Source: Vulcanimicrobiota bacterium | GTDB lineage: Bacteria > Vulcanimicrobiota > Vulcanimicrobiia > Eremiobacterales > Eremiobacteraceae | Direction: 5' to 3' | DNA: 64,000 nt | Assembly: GCA_963805945.1 (NCBI GenBank) | Contig: CAWDVP010000006.1 | Span: forward strand, 288,001 to 352,000 | Shown: in pieces, positions 29,988 through 39,687 of the stretch | Layout of the letters: each line of letters begins with the position of its first letter | Numbering within the stretch: position 1 is the stretch's first letter | Notes under the pieces: model-generated | What the model was told of the DNA's origin: nothing | Database searches by the model: none | What the model saw: the letters and a program-made list of their open reading frames with translations, nothing else | Position numbers and translations under genes: made by a program

Positions 29988-30115
29988 GACTCGATTTTCC
30001 TTCCATAGCCGGGCGACAGCACCTATCGCTCTGCACCTATGGTAGCGCGGCTTGAGCCGGGGAATCTATCGAAAAGACGCTGCGCAATTCGTGGCAAACT
30101 GGGCTCTGTGGCTAC

Positions 30116-30412
30116 CTAGCCGCCCGACATCGCTCCCACCACGAGAAACGGCTCGGTGCCGGCTGCGACCGCGTCCGGCAGCGGAGCATCGGCCGATTCG
30201 TGCGACAGGTCTTCTTCGCAGGCGAAGAACCGCACGAATGCTCGGCGCTGCTGCGTGACATGGTCGCGGATCGTGCCGCGCAGCGTCGGATAGCGAGCCT
30301 CGAGCGCGTCGAGCACCGACCGCTGCGTCACCTGGCCCTTGACGTCGAGCTTCACCTCGCCGTCGACATGCGCCAGCACCCGCAGATGCGCGGGCAGGAC
30401 GACGCGGATCAT
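30116..30412 (-). CDS. MoaD/ThiS family ubiquitin-like protein
   Basis: [11 protein letters not shown] ... AMSGG C-terminal diglycine. Confidence 0.88.
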   Translation of the reverse strand: MIRVVLPAHLRVLAHVDGEVKLDVKGQVTQRSVLDALEARYPTLRGTIRDHVTQQRRAFVRFFACEEDLSHESADAPLPDAVAAGTEPFLVVGAMSGG

Positions 30413-31524
30413 GCCAGCGTCTGGACCTCGACCGAGAGCACCGCCGGAAGATCGCGCACGATAGGAGCCCAGTTGTCGCCCGCGTCCGCCGACGCGTACA
30501 CCTGACCGCCCGTCGTGCCGAAATACACGCCGCACGAATCGAGCGAGTCGACGGCCATCGCGTCGCGCAGCACGTTGACGTAGCAGTCGCTCTGCGGCAA
30601 GCCCTTGGTGAGCGCTTCCCATTCATCGCCGCCGCTGCGGCTGCGGTAGACGCGCAGCTTCCCATCGGGCGGGTAATGCTCCGAGTCGCTCTTGATGGGC
30701 ACGACGTAGACGGTATTCGGCTCGTGCGCATGCACGTCGATCGGGAAGCCGAAATCGGTCGGCAGGTTGCCGCTGACCTCGTGCCACGATTCGCCGGCGT
30801 TGTCGCTGCGCATGACGTCCCAGTGCTTCTGCATGTAGAGCACCTCCGGGCGCGACGGGTGCATCGCGAGCCGGTGGACGCAGTGGCCGACCTCGGCGTC
30901 CTGGTCGGGGATCTGTTCTGAGCGCAGACCCTTGTTGATGGGCCGCCATGTGGCGCCGGCATCGTCGCTGCGGAACGCGCCCGCTGCGGAGATGGCGACG
31001 AACATGCGCCCCGGATTCTTCGGATCGAGCAAGATCGTGTGCAGGCACATCCCGCCCGCGCCGGGCTGCCACGCGCTTCCGGTGCTATGGGTGCGCAGTC
31101 CGGGCAGCTCCTGCCAGCTCTTGCCGGCGTCGGTGGAGCGGAAGAGCGCTGCGTCTTCGACACCGGCGTAGACAGTGTCCGGATCGGTCAGCGACGGTTC
31201 GAGGTGCCAAACGCGCTTGAATTCCCACGGGTGCGGCGTGCCGTCGTACCACTGGTGGGTGCCGGTGGCGCCGTCGTAGGTGAACTGGTTGCCGACCTGC
31301 TCCCACGTCTTGCCGCCGTCGTCGGAACGCTGGATCACCTGGCCGAACCAGCCGCTGGTCTGCGACGCATAGAGCCGATTCGGGTCGGCGGGCGATCCCT
31401 TGACGTGGTAGATCTCCCAGCCGCCGAAATGCGGACCGTTGACATCCCAGCGTTGGCGCTTCCCATCAGACGTCAGCACGAACGCGCCTTTGCGCGTGCC
31501 GACCAGGACTCGAACTCCGCTCAT
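30409..31524 (-). CDS. BNR/Asp-box repeat beta-propeller protein
   Basis: Repeated SxDxGxxW boxes, LVGTRKG start, no signal peptide. Confidence 0.88.
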   Translation of the reverse strand: MSGVRVLVGTRKGAFVLTSDGKRQRWDVNGPHFGGWEIYHVKGSPADPNRLYASQTSGWFGQVIQRSDDGGKTWEQVGNQFTYDGATGTHQWYDGTPHPWEFKRVWHLEPSLTDPDTVYAGVEDAALFRSTDAGKSWQELPGLRTHSTGSAWQPGAGGMCLHTILLDPKNPGRMFVAISAAGAFRSDDAGATWRPINKGLRSEQIPDQDAEVGHCVHRLAMHPSRPEVLYMQKHWDVMRSDNAGESWHEVSGNLPTDFGFPIDVHAHEPNTVYVVPIKSDSEHYPPDGKLRVYRSRSGGDEWEALTKGLPQSDCYVNVLRDAMAVDSLDSCGVYFGTTGGQVYASADAGDNWAPIVRDLPAVLSVEVQTLA

Positions 31525-31579
31525 TGCTTACCCCTTCAAGTTGTTGAGTCGGGACTTTGCAATCAGTGCGTCGCCTCCT

Positions 31580-33058
31580 CTACACCGGAGGGAGGAGTTC
31601 GCGCAGCCGATGCTTTTCGATCTTGCCGAGCGCATTGCGGGGCAGCGCCTCGATGACGATGATCCGCTTCGGCACCTTGAAACTCGCCACGCGGCCGCGG
31701 AGATGTTCGAGCAGCGCCGCCGGGTCGAAGCCCTCGCCCGCCTCGACGAAGGCGATCGGCAGCTCGCCGCGCGCCCGATCGGGCAGGCCGACGACCGCGC
31801 TCGCCTTCACGGCCCGGAATCGATCGATCTCGATCTCGATCTCGCGCGGGTATATATTGAAGCCTCCGCTGATGATCAGTTCCTTCAGACGCCCGACGAT
31901 CCTATAGACGCGCCGCTCGCGGTCGTACGTGGCGAGGTCGCCGCTGCGATACCAGCGCATCCCTTCTTCATCCGTCAGGAACGCGGCCGCCGTGGCATCC
32001 TGGTCCCTCCAGTACCCCTTGAAGACCGAGGCGCCCTCGACGAGCAATTCGCCGACCTCGCCCGGGGCCACGGGATCAGATGCGCCCGGGACCACGATAC
32101 GCACGCGCATCGCCGGGAACGGCACGCCGACGCTGCCCGCGACCCGCGGACCGCCGTAGCGATTGGTGAGCGCGAAGCCGAACTCGCTGGCGCCATACCG
32201 TTCGAGGATGTCCGCGCCGAAGCGCGTGCGAAACGCCTCGAACACATCCGCCGCTAACGCGGCTGAGCCAGAGACCCACAGGCGCAGGGCAGGCGGCGCG
32301 TCGGTGCCGAGCTGCTCGAGCAGCCGCACGTACATCGTCGGCACGCCGAAGAACATCGTGACGGCGCTGTCGCGCATCTCCCGCAGCGTCGCCGCCGCGT
32401 CGAAGCGCTCGTGGATGATGATGCGACCGCCGGACGCCAGTGAGGAGTTCAACGCGGCGCAGAGGCCGTGCACGTGGAACAGCGGCAGCGAGATGAGCAA
32501 CGTGTCGCGCTCGTCCCAGCGCCACGCGGTGGCGATGCTCGCGCAGATGGCCGCCAGATTCCCATGCGTGAGCATCGCGCCTTTGCTCCGCCCCGTGGTG
32601 CCGCTGGTATAGATGATCGTGGCGACGTCTTCGGCCCCCGGATCGTGCGGCGACGCCGTGGCCGGGAGCGACGGGTCGATCGCCCAGCGCTCGACGTCAT
32701 CCATGTCGAGACGCTCAAAGCGTCCGCCTTCGGTGACGTGTGCGCGCGTCTGTCCGCTCGCGAGCACAAAACGCGCGCCCGAGTCAGCGAGGATGTGCTC
32801 GAGGTCTGCGGTACGGTAGAGGACGTTCACGGGGACGACGATCGCACCAAGGCGCAGCGCGGCGAGATAGGCGTAGACGAACCCGATGCGATTCTCGCAG
32901 TACAGGGCGACGCGGTCGCCGGCCGCAACGCCGCGCGCCAGCAGCGCGCCCAGCACGCGCAGCGACCCGCGATGCAGCGCATCGTAGCTGACGTCGTTGA
33001 CCGCGAGCGCTTCCCGCCGAACGCTTCGCGACGCGTCGAACAGGTCGAGCACCGTCAT
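31580..33058 (-). CDS. Acyl-CoA synthetase (MatB/malonyl-CoA ligase-like)
   Basis: YTSGTTGRSKG, LPLFHVHGL, ERYGASE, LPRNALGKI. Confidence 0.85.
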   Translation of the reverse strand: MTVLDLFDASRSVRREALAVNDVSYDALHRGSLRVLGALLARGVAAGDRVALYCENRIGFVYAYLAALRLGAIVVPVNVLYRTADLEHILADSGARFVLASGQTRAHVTEGGRFERLDMDDVERWAIDPSLPATASPHDPGAEDVATIIYTSGTTGRSKGAMLTHGNLAAICASIATAWRWDERDTLLISLPLFHVHGLCAALNSSLASGGRIIIHERFDAAATLREMRDSAVTMFFGVPTMYVRLLEQLGTDAPPALRLWVSGSAALAADVFEAFRTRFGADILERYGASEFGFALTNRYGGPRVAGSVGVPFPAMRVRIVVPGASDPVAPGEVGELLVEGASVFKGYWRDQDATAAAFLTDEEGMRWYRSGDLATYDRERRVYRIVGRLKELIISGGFNIYPREIEIEIDRFRAVKASAVVGLPDRARGELPIAFVEAGEGFDPAALLEHLRGRVASFKVPKRIIVIEALPRNALGKIEKHRLRELLPPV

Positions 33059-33086
33059 GCGCCGGTCGCTCCGCGATCCTGTGTGA

Positions 33087-33803
33087 TCACAACCCGAGAT
33101 ACGCTTTCTGGATCTCGTCGCTTCCGAGCAGCTCATCGCGTGAGCCGGATGCGGTGATCCTGCCGCCTTCAAGCACGTAGCCGCGCGTCGCGAGCTCAAG
33201 CGCTTGCTTGACGTTTTGTTCGACGAGCACGACGGCGACGCCGCTGCCCTGGATGGTCTGGACCGCCGCGAAGAGCTCACCCATGACGACCGGCGCCAGG
33301 CCGAGCGAGGGCTCGTCGAGCATCAAGACCGTCGGTCGCGACATCAGCCCACGCGCGATGGCCACCATCTGCTGCTCGCCGCCCGACAGCGTGCCGGCGG
33401 TCTGACGCCGCCGTTCCTTTATCCGTGGGAACAGGGTGAAGACGCGATCCAGCTCTGCGCCCAGGCCCGCACGGGCGCGCGGCGTGTATGCGCCGAGCAT
33501 GAGATTCTCCTCGACGCTCATCTCAGGCCACAGCCTGCGTCCTTCTGGCACGTGCGCGAGCCCGCGTTCAACGACGCGTGCGGATGAAGCGCGCGTGATA
33601 TCCTCACCGTCGAGCACGATGGCGCCGGCGCTCGCGTCGACGAGACGCGAGATGGTCAACAGCATCGTGGTCTTGCCGGCGCCGTTCGCGCCTAGGATCG
33701 TGACGAGCTCGCCCGCATGCACCTCGAGGGACACGTCGTCGAGCACTCGGACGTCGCCGTAGCCGCTGGACACGTGGTCGAGCGCGAGCAGCGGCCGACT
33801 CAT
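33087..33803 (-). CDS. Liv-type ABC transporter ATP-binding protein (LivF-like)
   Basis: GANGAGKT, LSGGEQQ, DEPSLGL. Confidence 0.92.
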   Translation of the reverse strand: MSRPLLALDHVSSGYGDVRVLDDVSLEVHAGELVTILGANGAGKTTMLLTISRLVDASAGAIVLDGEDITRASSARVVERGLAHVPEGRRLWPEMSVEENLMLGAYTPRARAGLGAELDRVFTLFPRIKERRRQTAGTLSGGEQQMVAIARGLMSRPTVLMLDEPSLGLAPVVMGELFAAVQTIQGSGVAVVLVEQNVKQALELATRGYVLEGGRITASGSRDELLGSDEIQKAYLGL

Positions 33804-34549
33804 GCGTGGGCGGTCCCGAGATAGGCGTCGATCACGCCCTGGTCTGCGAGCACGCTCGCCGGATCTCCATCGGCGATCTTCTTGCCCTGCGCCATGACGG
33901 CGATGCGCGAGCACAGCCCCCGCACGGCGCGCAAGTTGTGCTCGACCATGACGATCGTCGTGCCGCGCGCGAGGATCGAGCGGACGAGCTCGATCGTGCG
34001 GTCCGTCTCGGTGTGGTTCAAGCCGGCGAGCACCTCGTCGAGCAGCAGCACGGTCGGGCCGGTGGCGAGCGCGCGTGCGATCTCGAGCCGCTTGCGTCCG
34101 GCCAGCGTGAGCACGCGCGCCGGATCGCCCGCGCGCCCCGCCAGACCGCAGAACTCCAGCACGTCGAGGGCGATCTGACGGGCGTGTTGCGGGTCGTGCG
34201 GGCGGGGCACGCGGCCGTAGAAGGCGCCGACCATCACGTTCTCGAGCACGCTCATGTGCGGGAAGGGCCGCACGATCTGGTGCGTGGAGGCCACGCCCAT
34301 GCGACAGACGCGGTCCGCGCGTCGGCCGGAGATCCGCGCGCCGTTGAAGTCGATCGTGCCGGCATCGGGCGCGTCGATGCCCGCGATCAGCTTGAACAGC
34401 GTCGACTTGCCCGCACCGTTGGGGCCGATGAGCCCGAGTATCTCGCCGGCAGCGACGTCGAGGTCGACATCGGACACCGCGACGAGGCCGCCGAAGCGCC
34501 GGGTGACGCCGCGGACGGAGAGCAACGGTTGCAGCATCGGTTCAACCAT
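33800..34549 (-). CDS. Liv-type ABC transporter ATP-binding protein (LivG-like)
   Basis: FGGLVAV, GPNGAGKS, LLDEVLAGL, AYLG end. Confidence 0.92.
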   Translation of the reverse strand: MVEPMLQPLLSVRGVTRRFGGLVAVSDVDLDVAAGEILGLIGPNGAGKSTLFKLIAGIDAPDAGTIDFNGARISGRRADRVCRMGVASTHQIVRPFPHMSVLENVMVGAFYGRVPRPHDPQHARQIALDVLEFCGLAGRAGDPARVLTLAGRKRLEIARALATGPTVLLLDEVLAGLNHTETDRTIELVRSILARGTTIVMVEHNLRAVRGLCSRIAVMAQGKKIADGDPASVLADQGVIDAYLGTAHA

Positions 34550-35504
34550 CGGCGTGCGCGCCGGCGGTGCGCCTCCCGATGCTTCGCCTCTTCGTGAACG
34601 CGTGCCACGCGCCGACGATGCCCTTCGGCTCGAACAGCACGATCGCGATGAGCAGCAGGCCGAACGCGAGCAGGTCGGCGTTGGCGAGCTTGGCGGCGAA
34701 CTCTTCGCGGATGAAGGTGTAGACGATCGCGCCGATGAGCGGGCCCCACACCGTGCCGACGCCGCCGATGATCGGCATGATGACGAGCGCGATCGCGGTC
34801 GAGAAGCCGAACACCGAGTCGGGACTGATGAAGAGGTAGTGCATCGCATAGACGCTGCCGGCGATGCCGACGAGCGCCGCGGAGATCGCGAGGGCCTGCG
34901 TCTTGACGAGCGTCGTCGGCACGCCGAGCGTCTGCGCCGCATCCGTGTCCTGCTTGATCGCCGCGAGCGCGAAACCGAAACGCGAGCGCACGATCCACCA
35001 CGAGATCCCGAAGGCGGCGACGCACAGCGCGAGCGCGCTGAGATATTGGACCGCGGGCGACGGCCCCTCGGCCACGGTGAGCCCCGACGCGCCGCCGGTG
35101 AGTTTGCTCCAGTTGAGGGCGATGAGGCGGGTCGCCTCGCCGATGCCGATCGTGGCGATCGAGAAGTACGGACCGCGCAGCCGGAACGACGGCACGCCGA
35201 CGATGATCGAGAAGAGCGCCGCGAGCGCGCCGGCGAGAGGCAGCGTCGCCCACGGCGACCAGCCCGCTCCCCACAGGATCATCGTCGTGTACGCGCCGAC
35301 ACCGAGGAAGGCCGCGTGCCCGAACGAGATCTGACCGGCGAAGCCGCCGATGATGTTCCACGCCGAGCTCATCGCGCCGTACAGGAAGACGAGGAAGAGC
35401 ACGTCGAGCACGTACTCGGCGTGCGGCGCCGCGAACGGCAGGGCGACGGCGACGAGCAGGATGGCCGCGCCGATCAGCTGCGAGACGAGCCCTTCCTTAG
35501 ACAC
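34542..35504 (-). CDS. Liv-type ABC transporter permease (LivM-like)
   Basis: GFAGQISFGHAAF, RLRGPYF, GGVGTVWGP. Confidence 0.9.
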   Translation of the reverse strand: MSKEGLVSQLIGAAILLVAVALPFAAPHAEYVLDVLFLVFLYGAMSSAWNIIGGFAGQISFGHAAFLGVGAYTTMILWGAGWSPWATLPLAGALAALFSIIVGVPSFRLRGPYFSIATIGIGEATRLIALNWSKLTGGASGLTVAEGPSPAVQYLSALALCVAAFGISWWIVRSRFGFALAAIKQDTDAAQTLGVPTTLVKTQALAISAALVGIAGSVYAMHYLFISPDSVFGFSTAIALVIMPIIGGVGTVWGPLIGAIVYTFIREEFAAKLANADLLAFGLLLIAIVLFEPKGIVGAWHAFTKRRSIGRRTAGAHADG

Positions 35505-36372
35505 CGCTTTTGCGCCGCAAGAGCCCGGCGATGCCTTTCGGGAAGGCGATGAGCACGACGACGAGCAGGACGAAGGAGATGAGGTTCTGCAGCGACGCCG
35601 GCATGTAGCGGACCCCGAACGCTTCAGCAATCGCGAGCGTGATCGATCCGAACGCCACCCCGGCGAACGAGTCGAGACCGCCGAGCACGACGATGCAGAA
35701 CGACTTGAGCGTGAGCGTCCGGCCGAAGTCCGGATTGAACGAGTAGAGCAGCGAGAACAGCGATCCGGCGAGGCCGAGCAGCGCGATCCCGATGCCGAAC
35801 GCGATCGCATTGACCCGCTTCACGTCGATGCCGACGAGGCGCGACGCGTCGCGGTCCTGCGCGATCGAGCGGATCGCGCGTCCGAGATGCGTGCGCGTGA
35901 GCAGCAGCAGCATCGCGACGAGGGTGAGCGTGCCGATCGCGAACACGTACACGCGCGCCCACGGGATGACGATATCCCCGCGCTGGAAGACGGCGTCCGA
36001 CAGCGGGATGGTGATCGATCTGGTGTCGCCGGTGAACAGCAGATACGCGACGTTCTGCAGCACGAGCCAGACGCCGAACAGGAGCAGCAGCGAGATGATC
36101 GGCTCCTGGTCGACGACGCGTTGGATCATGGTGCGTTCCATGGCCACCCCGATGAGGAAGAACACCGGGATGATGATGAGCGGTGCGAGCAGCGGGCTCA
36201 AGCCGAACGCCGACCACATCCACCAGGTCGCATAGGCGCCTATCATAAGGAAGCCGGCGTTGGCGAGGTTTACGATCTTGAGGACGCCGTAGATGAGCGC
36301 GAGGCTGTATGACATCGTCGCGTACAGACCGGCGACGAGCAACGCTGAGATGAGAGTCGATACGGTGTCCAT
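35497..36372 (-). CDS. Liv-type ABC transporter permease (LivH-like)
   Basis: LIYGVLKIVNLA, GRAIRSIAQD, VVLGG. Confidence 0.9.
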   Translation of the reverse strand: MDTVSTLISALLVAGLYATMSYSLALIYGVLKIVNLANAGFLMIGAYATWWMWSAFGLSPLLAPLIIIPVFFLIGVAMERTMIQRVVDQEPIISLLLLFGVWLVLQNVAYLLFTGDTRSITIPLSDAVFQRGDIVIPWARVYVFAIGTLTLVAMLLLLTRTHLGRAIRSIAQDRDASRLVGIDVKRVNAIAFGIGIALLGLAGSLFSLLYSFNPDFGRTLTLKSFCIVVLGGLDSFAGVAFGSITLAIAEAFGVRYMPASLQNLISFVLLVVVLIAFPKGIAGLLRRKSGV

Positions 36373-36395
36373 CTCCGCCCGGCTACGGTCAGCGA

Positions 36396-36430
36396 GGCGC
36401 GCCGACCTGCGCTGGACAGGTCAACGCGCC
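36396..36430 (-). other. Intercistronic mRNA stem-loop after the substrate-binding protein gene
   Basis: Minus strand ggcgcgttgacctg-tccagcg-caggtcggcgcgcc, 14-bp stem with two G-U pairs. Confidence 0.6.
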
Positions 36431-36449
36431 GAGCTGAACCCGTTCGCTG

Positions 36450-37688
36450 TCACGGCATCGGGAGAACGGGTTTCCCGGTCGCCTCGCTCAGGGGCCAGAC
36501 CACGATCACCGATCCGGCCGGCAGATTCTGCGTCACCACGAACGGCAAGTTCACCTGGCCGTCGGCCTGGAACTTGACGACGCCGGTGGGCATGAGCGTG
36601 CCCTTCAGGTCGGTCCTGCGCAGCGCATCGACCACCTGGGCTTTGTCCGTCGTCCCCGCGGTCGTGAGGCCTAAGAATAAGACCTGTGCCGTCTCGTAGG
36701 GGAGCGCCGAAAACCACTCCGGGGACATGGTCGGGTATGCGGCGGCCCACTTCGCCACGAACGCCTTCACGGCGGGTCCGGGCAACTGATTGCTCCACCA
36801 GCTCGCCGCGACGATGTAGTCGACCCCGTCGCCGAGCGCCTCGCGCGCCGCCTTCTCGGGACCACGCGCGCCGTAGGTGACGAACTTGTTATGCAGGCCG
36901 GCCTGCTTGTATTGCCGCTGCATCGTGATGTAATCGTCGAGGTGCGCGTCGGCCATGAACGCGTCGGCGTTCGCGGCCTTCACTTTGGAGAGCAGCGGCG
37001 AGAAGTCTTTGCCGTGCAGGTCGAACGCCTCGCTCATCGCGATCTGGAAGTTCTGCGGATACTTGCTGGCGCATTGGCCGAGACCGTCGTTGAAATCGAC
37101 GCCGTGCGGCGTGTTCTCGTACACGATCGCCATCTTCAGCGGCTTCGGCAGCTTGCCGTCCGCCTGCATCTTCTCGATGAAGTCGCATTCGGTGAGAGCG
37201 AGCGATTGGATCGAGGCGAGCAGGCCGAAGATCGTGGTGAAGCCGCGCTGGTAGATCTTGGTGGCCGCGCCGCCGCCGTTGACATACGGGATCTTGTCCT
37301 GCTGCGCGACGACGGTCTGCGCCATGATGAGGTCGGTCGAGTATCCGCCCAAGAACGCGTCGACGTGATCCTGCACCGCGAGCCGCTCGTAGAGATCGCG
37401 CGAGGTCGCCGCATCCGTCTTGTCGTCATAGGTGATGAGCCTGACCGGCAGCTTCTTGCCGTACGTCTTCATATACAAGCCGCCTTGGTCGTTGACTTCT
37501 TTGACGGCGAGCTCGTACGCGGCCTTGAAATAGGTGCCGACGCGGCTCTCTTCTCCGGTCAACGGAAGGGCGGCGCCGATGACGATCTCGGTAGGGCCGC
37601 TCGACGTGTCCGCCGCTCTGACCGCGTTGGCGGCGGGAAGCAGCGCACATGCGAGAACGATGCAGACACTGACTGCGCGGCGTATCAT
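36450..37688 (-). CDS. Liv-type ABC transporter substrate-binding protein
   Basis: Signal peptide, IGAALPLTG, YDDKTD; SD GAGGAGGG before ATG. Confidence 0.9.
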   Translation of the reverse strand: MIRRAVSVCIVLACALLPAANAVRAADTSSGPTEIVIGAALPLTGEESRVGTYFKAAYELAVKEVNDQGGLYMKTYGKKLPVRLITYDDKTDAATSRDLYERLAVQDHVDAFLGGYSTDLIMAQTVVAQQDKIPYVNGGGAATKIYQRGFTTIFGLLASIQSLALTECDFIEKMQADGKLPKPLKMAIVYENTPHGVDFNDGLGQCASKYPQNFQIAMSEAFDLHGKDFSPLLSKVKAANADAFMADAHLDDYITMQRQYKQAGLHNKFVTYGARGPEKAAREALGDGVDYIVAASWWSNQLPGPAVKAFVAKWAAAYPTMSPEWFSALPYETAQVLFLGLTTAGTTDKAQVVDALRRTDLKGTLMPTGVVKFQADGQVNLPFVVTQNLPAGSVIVVWPLSEATGKPVLPMP

Positions 37689-37720
37689 AGGTCCCTCCTC
37701 GACGGGTGAGAGAGTGCGAA

Positions 37721-37746
37721 AACCGGCGGTCTCCTGACCCCGGTCA
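37721..37746 (-). repeat. Partial direct repeat of the tRNA-Pro anticodon/T-arm region (att-like)
   Basis: 37721-37741 matches 38959-38979 at 20 of 21 nt, including 16 contiguous (gcggtctcctgacccc). Confidence 0.6.
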
Positions 37747-37920
37747 CCCTTCAGGGGATGGTTTTGCAAAGCGCACCCCGGTCCTTCACGACGCAGATAG
37801 GCACCTTGTCAAGCGGGTCGCCGCATATCACAGTCGTCGCGAAGCGGAGGTGGGGCCGCGCGGACGAGCAAAGGGAATCAGCCTTGCCGGCAAACGGCCC
37901 GCTTTCTTTGGGAGTGCTAT

Positions 37921-38877
37921 ATGATCGTGCGAACGGCCTTGGTTTCGAGTCTGATGCTTGTACTCGTCGCTTGCAGCTCCAGCTCGACATCGACGTCACC
38001 CACGCCCACGCCAATCCCGCAGATGCTGTACGTGGGCAACACGAACGTGGCTGCGCGGAGCATAGTGACATTTCCGCTGACGGCGAGCGGCAACGCAGCG
38101 CCCGCAACGACCATCAGCGGCGCGCTCACAAATGTGACCGATCCGCTGGGCGTCGCCGTGGATTCCGCCGGTTTCATCTACGAGGCCGATTACAACGGCA
38201 ACAAGAACATCCAGGTCTTCAGCCCGGGCGCGACAGGCAACGTCGCCCCGGCGCGGACGATCACCGGCCTGAGTGATCCCCTCGGCCTTGCGGTCGATAG
38301 CGCGGGGGATCTCTATGTCGCGGATCGCGGCGCCACAGACGTGAAGGTGTTCGCGCCCGGCGCGAATGGAGCTGCGGTTCCCATCCGGACGGTCAGCGTC
38401 GCGGCGGCCGGTCTCACCGACGTCAGCTACGTCGCGCTCGACGGCGTGGGCAACATGTACGTCTCGGGCGAGAACAGCGGCCACATCGCCGTCTACCCGA
38501 CCTCGGCGAACGGCAATCCAGTGCCGCTGCACAACATCGGCGGAGCTCTCACCACATTGGTCAACCCGTACGGCATGGCGTTGGATGCGGCGAACAACCT
38601 CTACGTCGCGGACTACAACACGCTCAAGATAAGCGTCTTCCCGCTCGGAGCCGACGGGAACGTCGCGCCGGCGCGCTCGATCACCAGTTCCGGGCCTGCG
38701 TTCGTCAACATCTACGTGCCGGCCGTCGACAATCTGGGGAACATCTGGGTCGACGACAACAACACTAACACGATCTTCGAGTTCCCTGCGGGCGCGAATG
38801 GTGCGACCGCGCCGACGAAGACCATCACCGGTGCCGCCACGGGTCTCAGTGCGCCGTGGGGGATGACTATCCACTGA
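37921..38877 (+). CDS. NHL-repeat beta-propeller lipoprotein
   Basis: Lipobox LVAC, repeated PxGxAxD...LYVAD and GNVAPARTI units. Confidence 0.85.
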   Translation: MIVRTALVSSLMLVLVACSSSSTSTSPTPTPIPQMLYVGNTNVAARSIVTFPLTASGNAAPATTISGALTNVTDPLGVAVDSAGFIYEADYNGNKNIQVFSPGATGNVAPARTITGLSDPLGLAVDSAGDLYVADRGATDVKVFAPGANGAAVPIRTVSVAAAGLTDVSYVALDGVGNMYVSGENSGHIAVYPTSANGNPVPLHNIGGALTTLVNPYGMALDAANNLYVADYNTLKISVFPLGADGNVAPARSITSSGPAFVNIYVPAVDNLGNIWVDDNNTNTIFEFPAGANGATAPTKTITGAATGLSAPWGMTIH

Positions 38878-38897
38878 TCTCGCGCGACAGCGCTCAT

Positions 38898-38932
38898 AAA
38901 AAAGCCCGCATCGCTTCACGCGCTGCGGGCTT
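38898..38932 (-). terminator. Intrinsic terminator downstream of tRNA-Pro
   Basis: Minus strand aagcccgcagcgcgtgaagcgatgcgggctttttt. Confidence 0.8.
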
Positions 38933-38940
38933 CGTTTCTT

Positions 38941-39015
38941 TCGGGCCGACTGGATTCGAACCAGCGGTCTCCTGACCCCCAGTCAGGCGCGATAACCAAG
39001 CTTCGCTACGGCCCG
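38941..39015 (-). tRNA. tRNA-Pro(GGG), CCA not encoded
   Basis: cgggccg acceptor stem, anticodon arm cctga-ctGGGgg-tcagg, T-loop ggttcgaatcc. Confidence 0.95.
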
Positions 39016-39071
39016 ATAGATTGGCATGCGGTTTTCCGCCTGCGGGAACATCCCACCTTTCCGCCCTTCTG

Positions 39072-39638
39072 CTACGGCTTGGACTCACCGAAGTATTGGA
39101 GCATGAAGCTGGTGACGTCATCGACCCCCGCTTGGTCGTGGCGTTTGTTGTACTCCACCGTCGCCGCGACGAGGTCCGCCCTCGCGGCATTCTCGTCGTG
39201 CAGCATCGCTTCGCATTTCCCGCGCGCGAACAGCCCGTCGGGGTCATCGGGTTGCAACTGCAACTGCACGTTGAAATCAGCTATCGCGGACTTGCAGTCG
39301 CCGAGGTGGGCGTACGCCATGCCTCGATTGTAGTGCGAGTCCGGATCGTTGGGGAAATGCTGCAGATACAGCGACAGATCCGCGATGGTGTTGCGCCAAT
39401 CCGCCATCTTGTAGTACACTTCACCGCGCGCGAAGTAGGCTTCCCAGTAGTCGGGAGCCAGCTGCATCGCACGTGCGCAGTCGGCCTCCACGCCGGCGAA
39501 GTCGCCGCTGTTCATCTTGGCAGGCGTGCTCGCGAGACACGGGGACGCAACGGGACTGGTCGAGCCGTTGCCACCGCTCGCAGCGGTCGTCAACAGCAAG
39601 ACCAGCGCCAGTCCGAAGCCCTGGACCATGCGCCGCAT
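39072..39638 (-). CDS. Secreted TPR-repeat protein
   Basis: Signal peptide; AYFARG, HYNRG, LFARG TPR units. Confidence 0.85.
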   Translation of the reverse strand: MRRMVQGFGLALVLLLTTAASGGNGSTSPVASPCLASTPAKMNSGDFAGVEADCARAMQLAPDYWEAYFARGEVYYKMADWRNTIADLSLYLQHFPNDPDSHYNRGMAYAHLGDCKSAIADFNVQLQLQPDDPDGLFARGKCEAMLHDENAARADLVAATVEYNKRHDQAGVDDVTSFMLQYFGESKP

Positions 39639-39687
39639 GAACCGTGCTTACCTCTCGTGCCCGAGGACGCCTTTTCGGAGCAGGAGC

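Noticed and set aside
37690..37800. c-di-GMP-I or glycine riboswitch in the ABC operon leader
   Set aside because: Only fragments (GCAAAACC, GGAGA) match; required conserved blocks are missing
37911..37920. GAGTGCTA as a CIRCE element
   Set aside because: Only a half site; no TTAGCACTC 9 bp upstream
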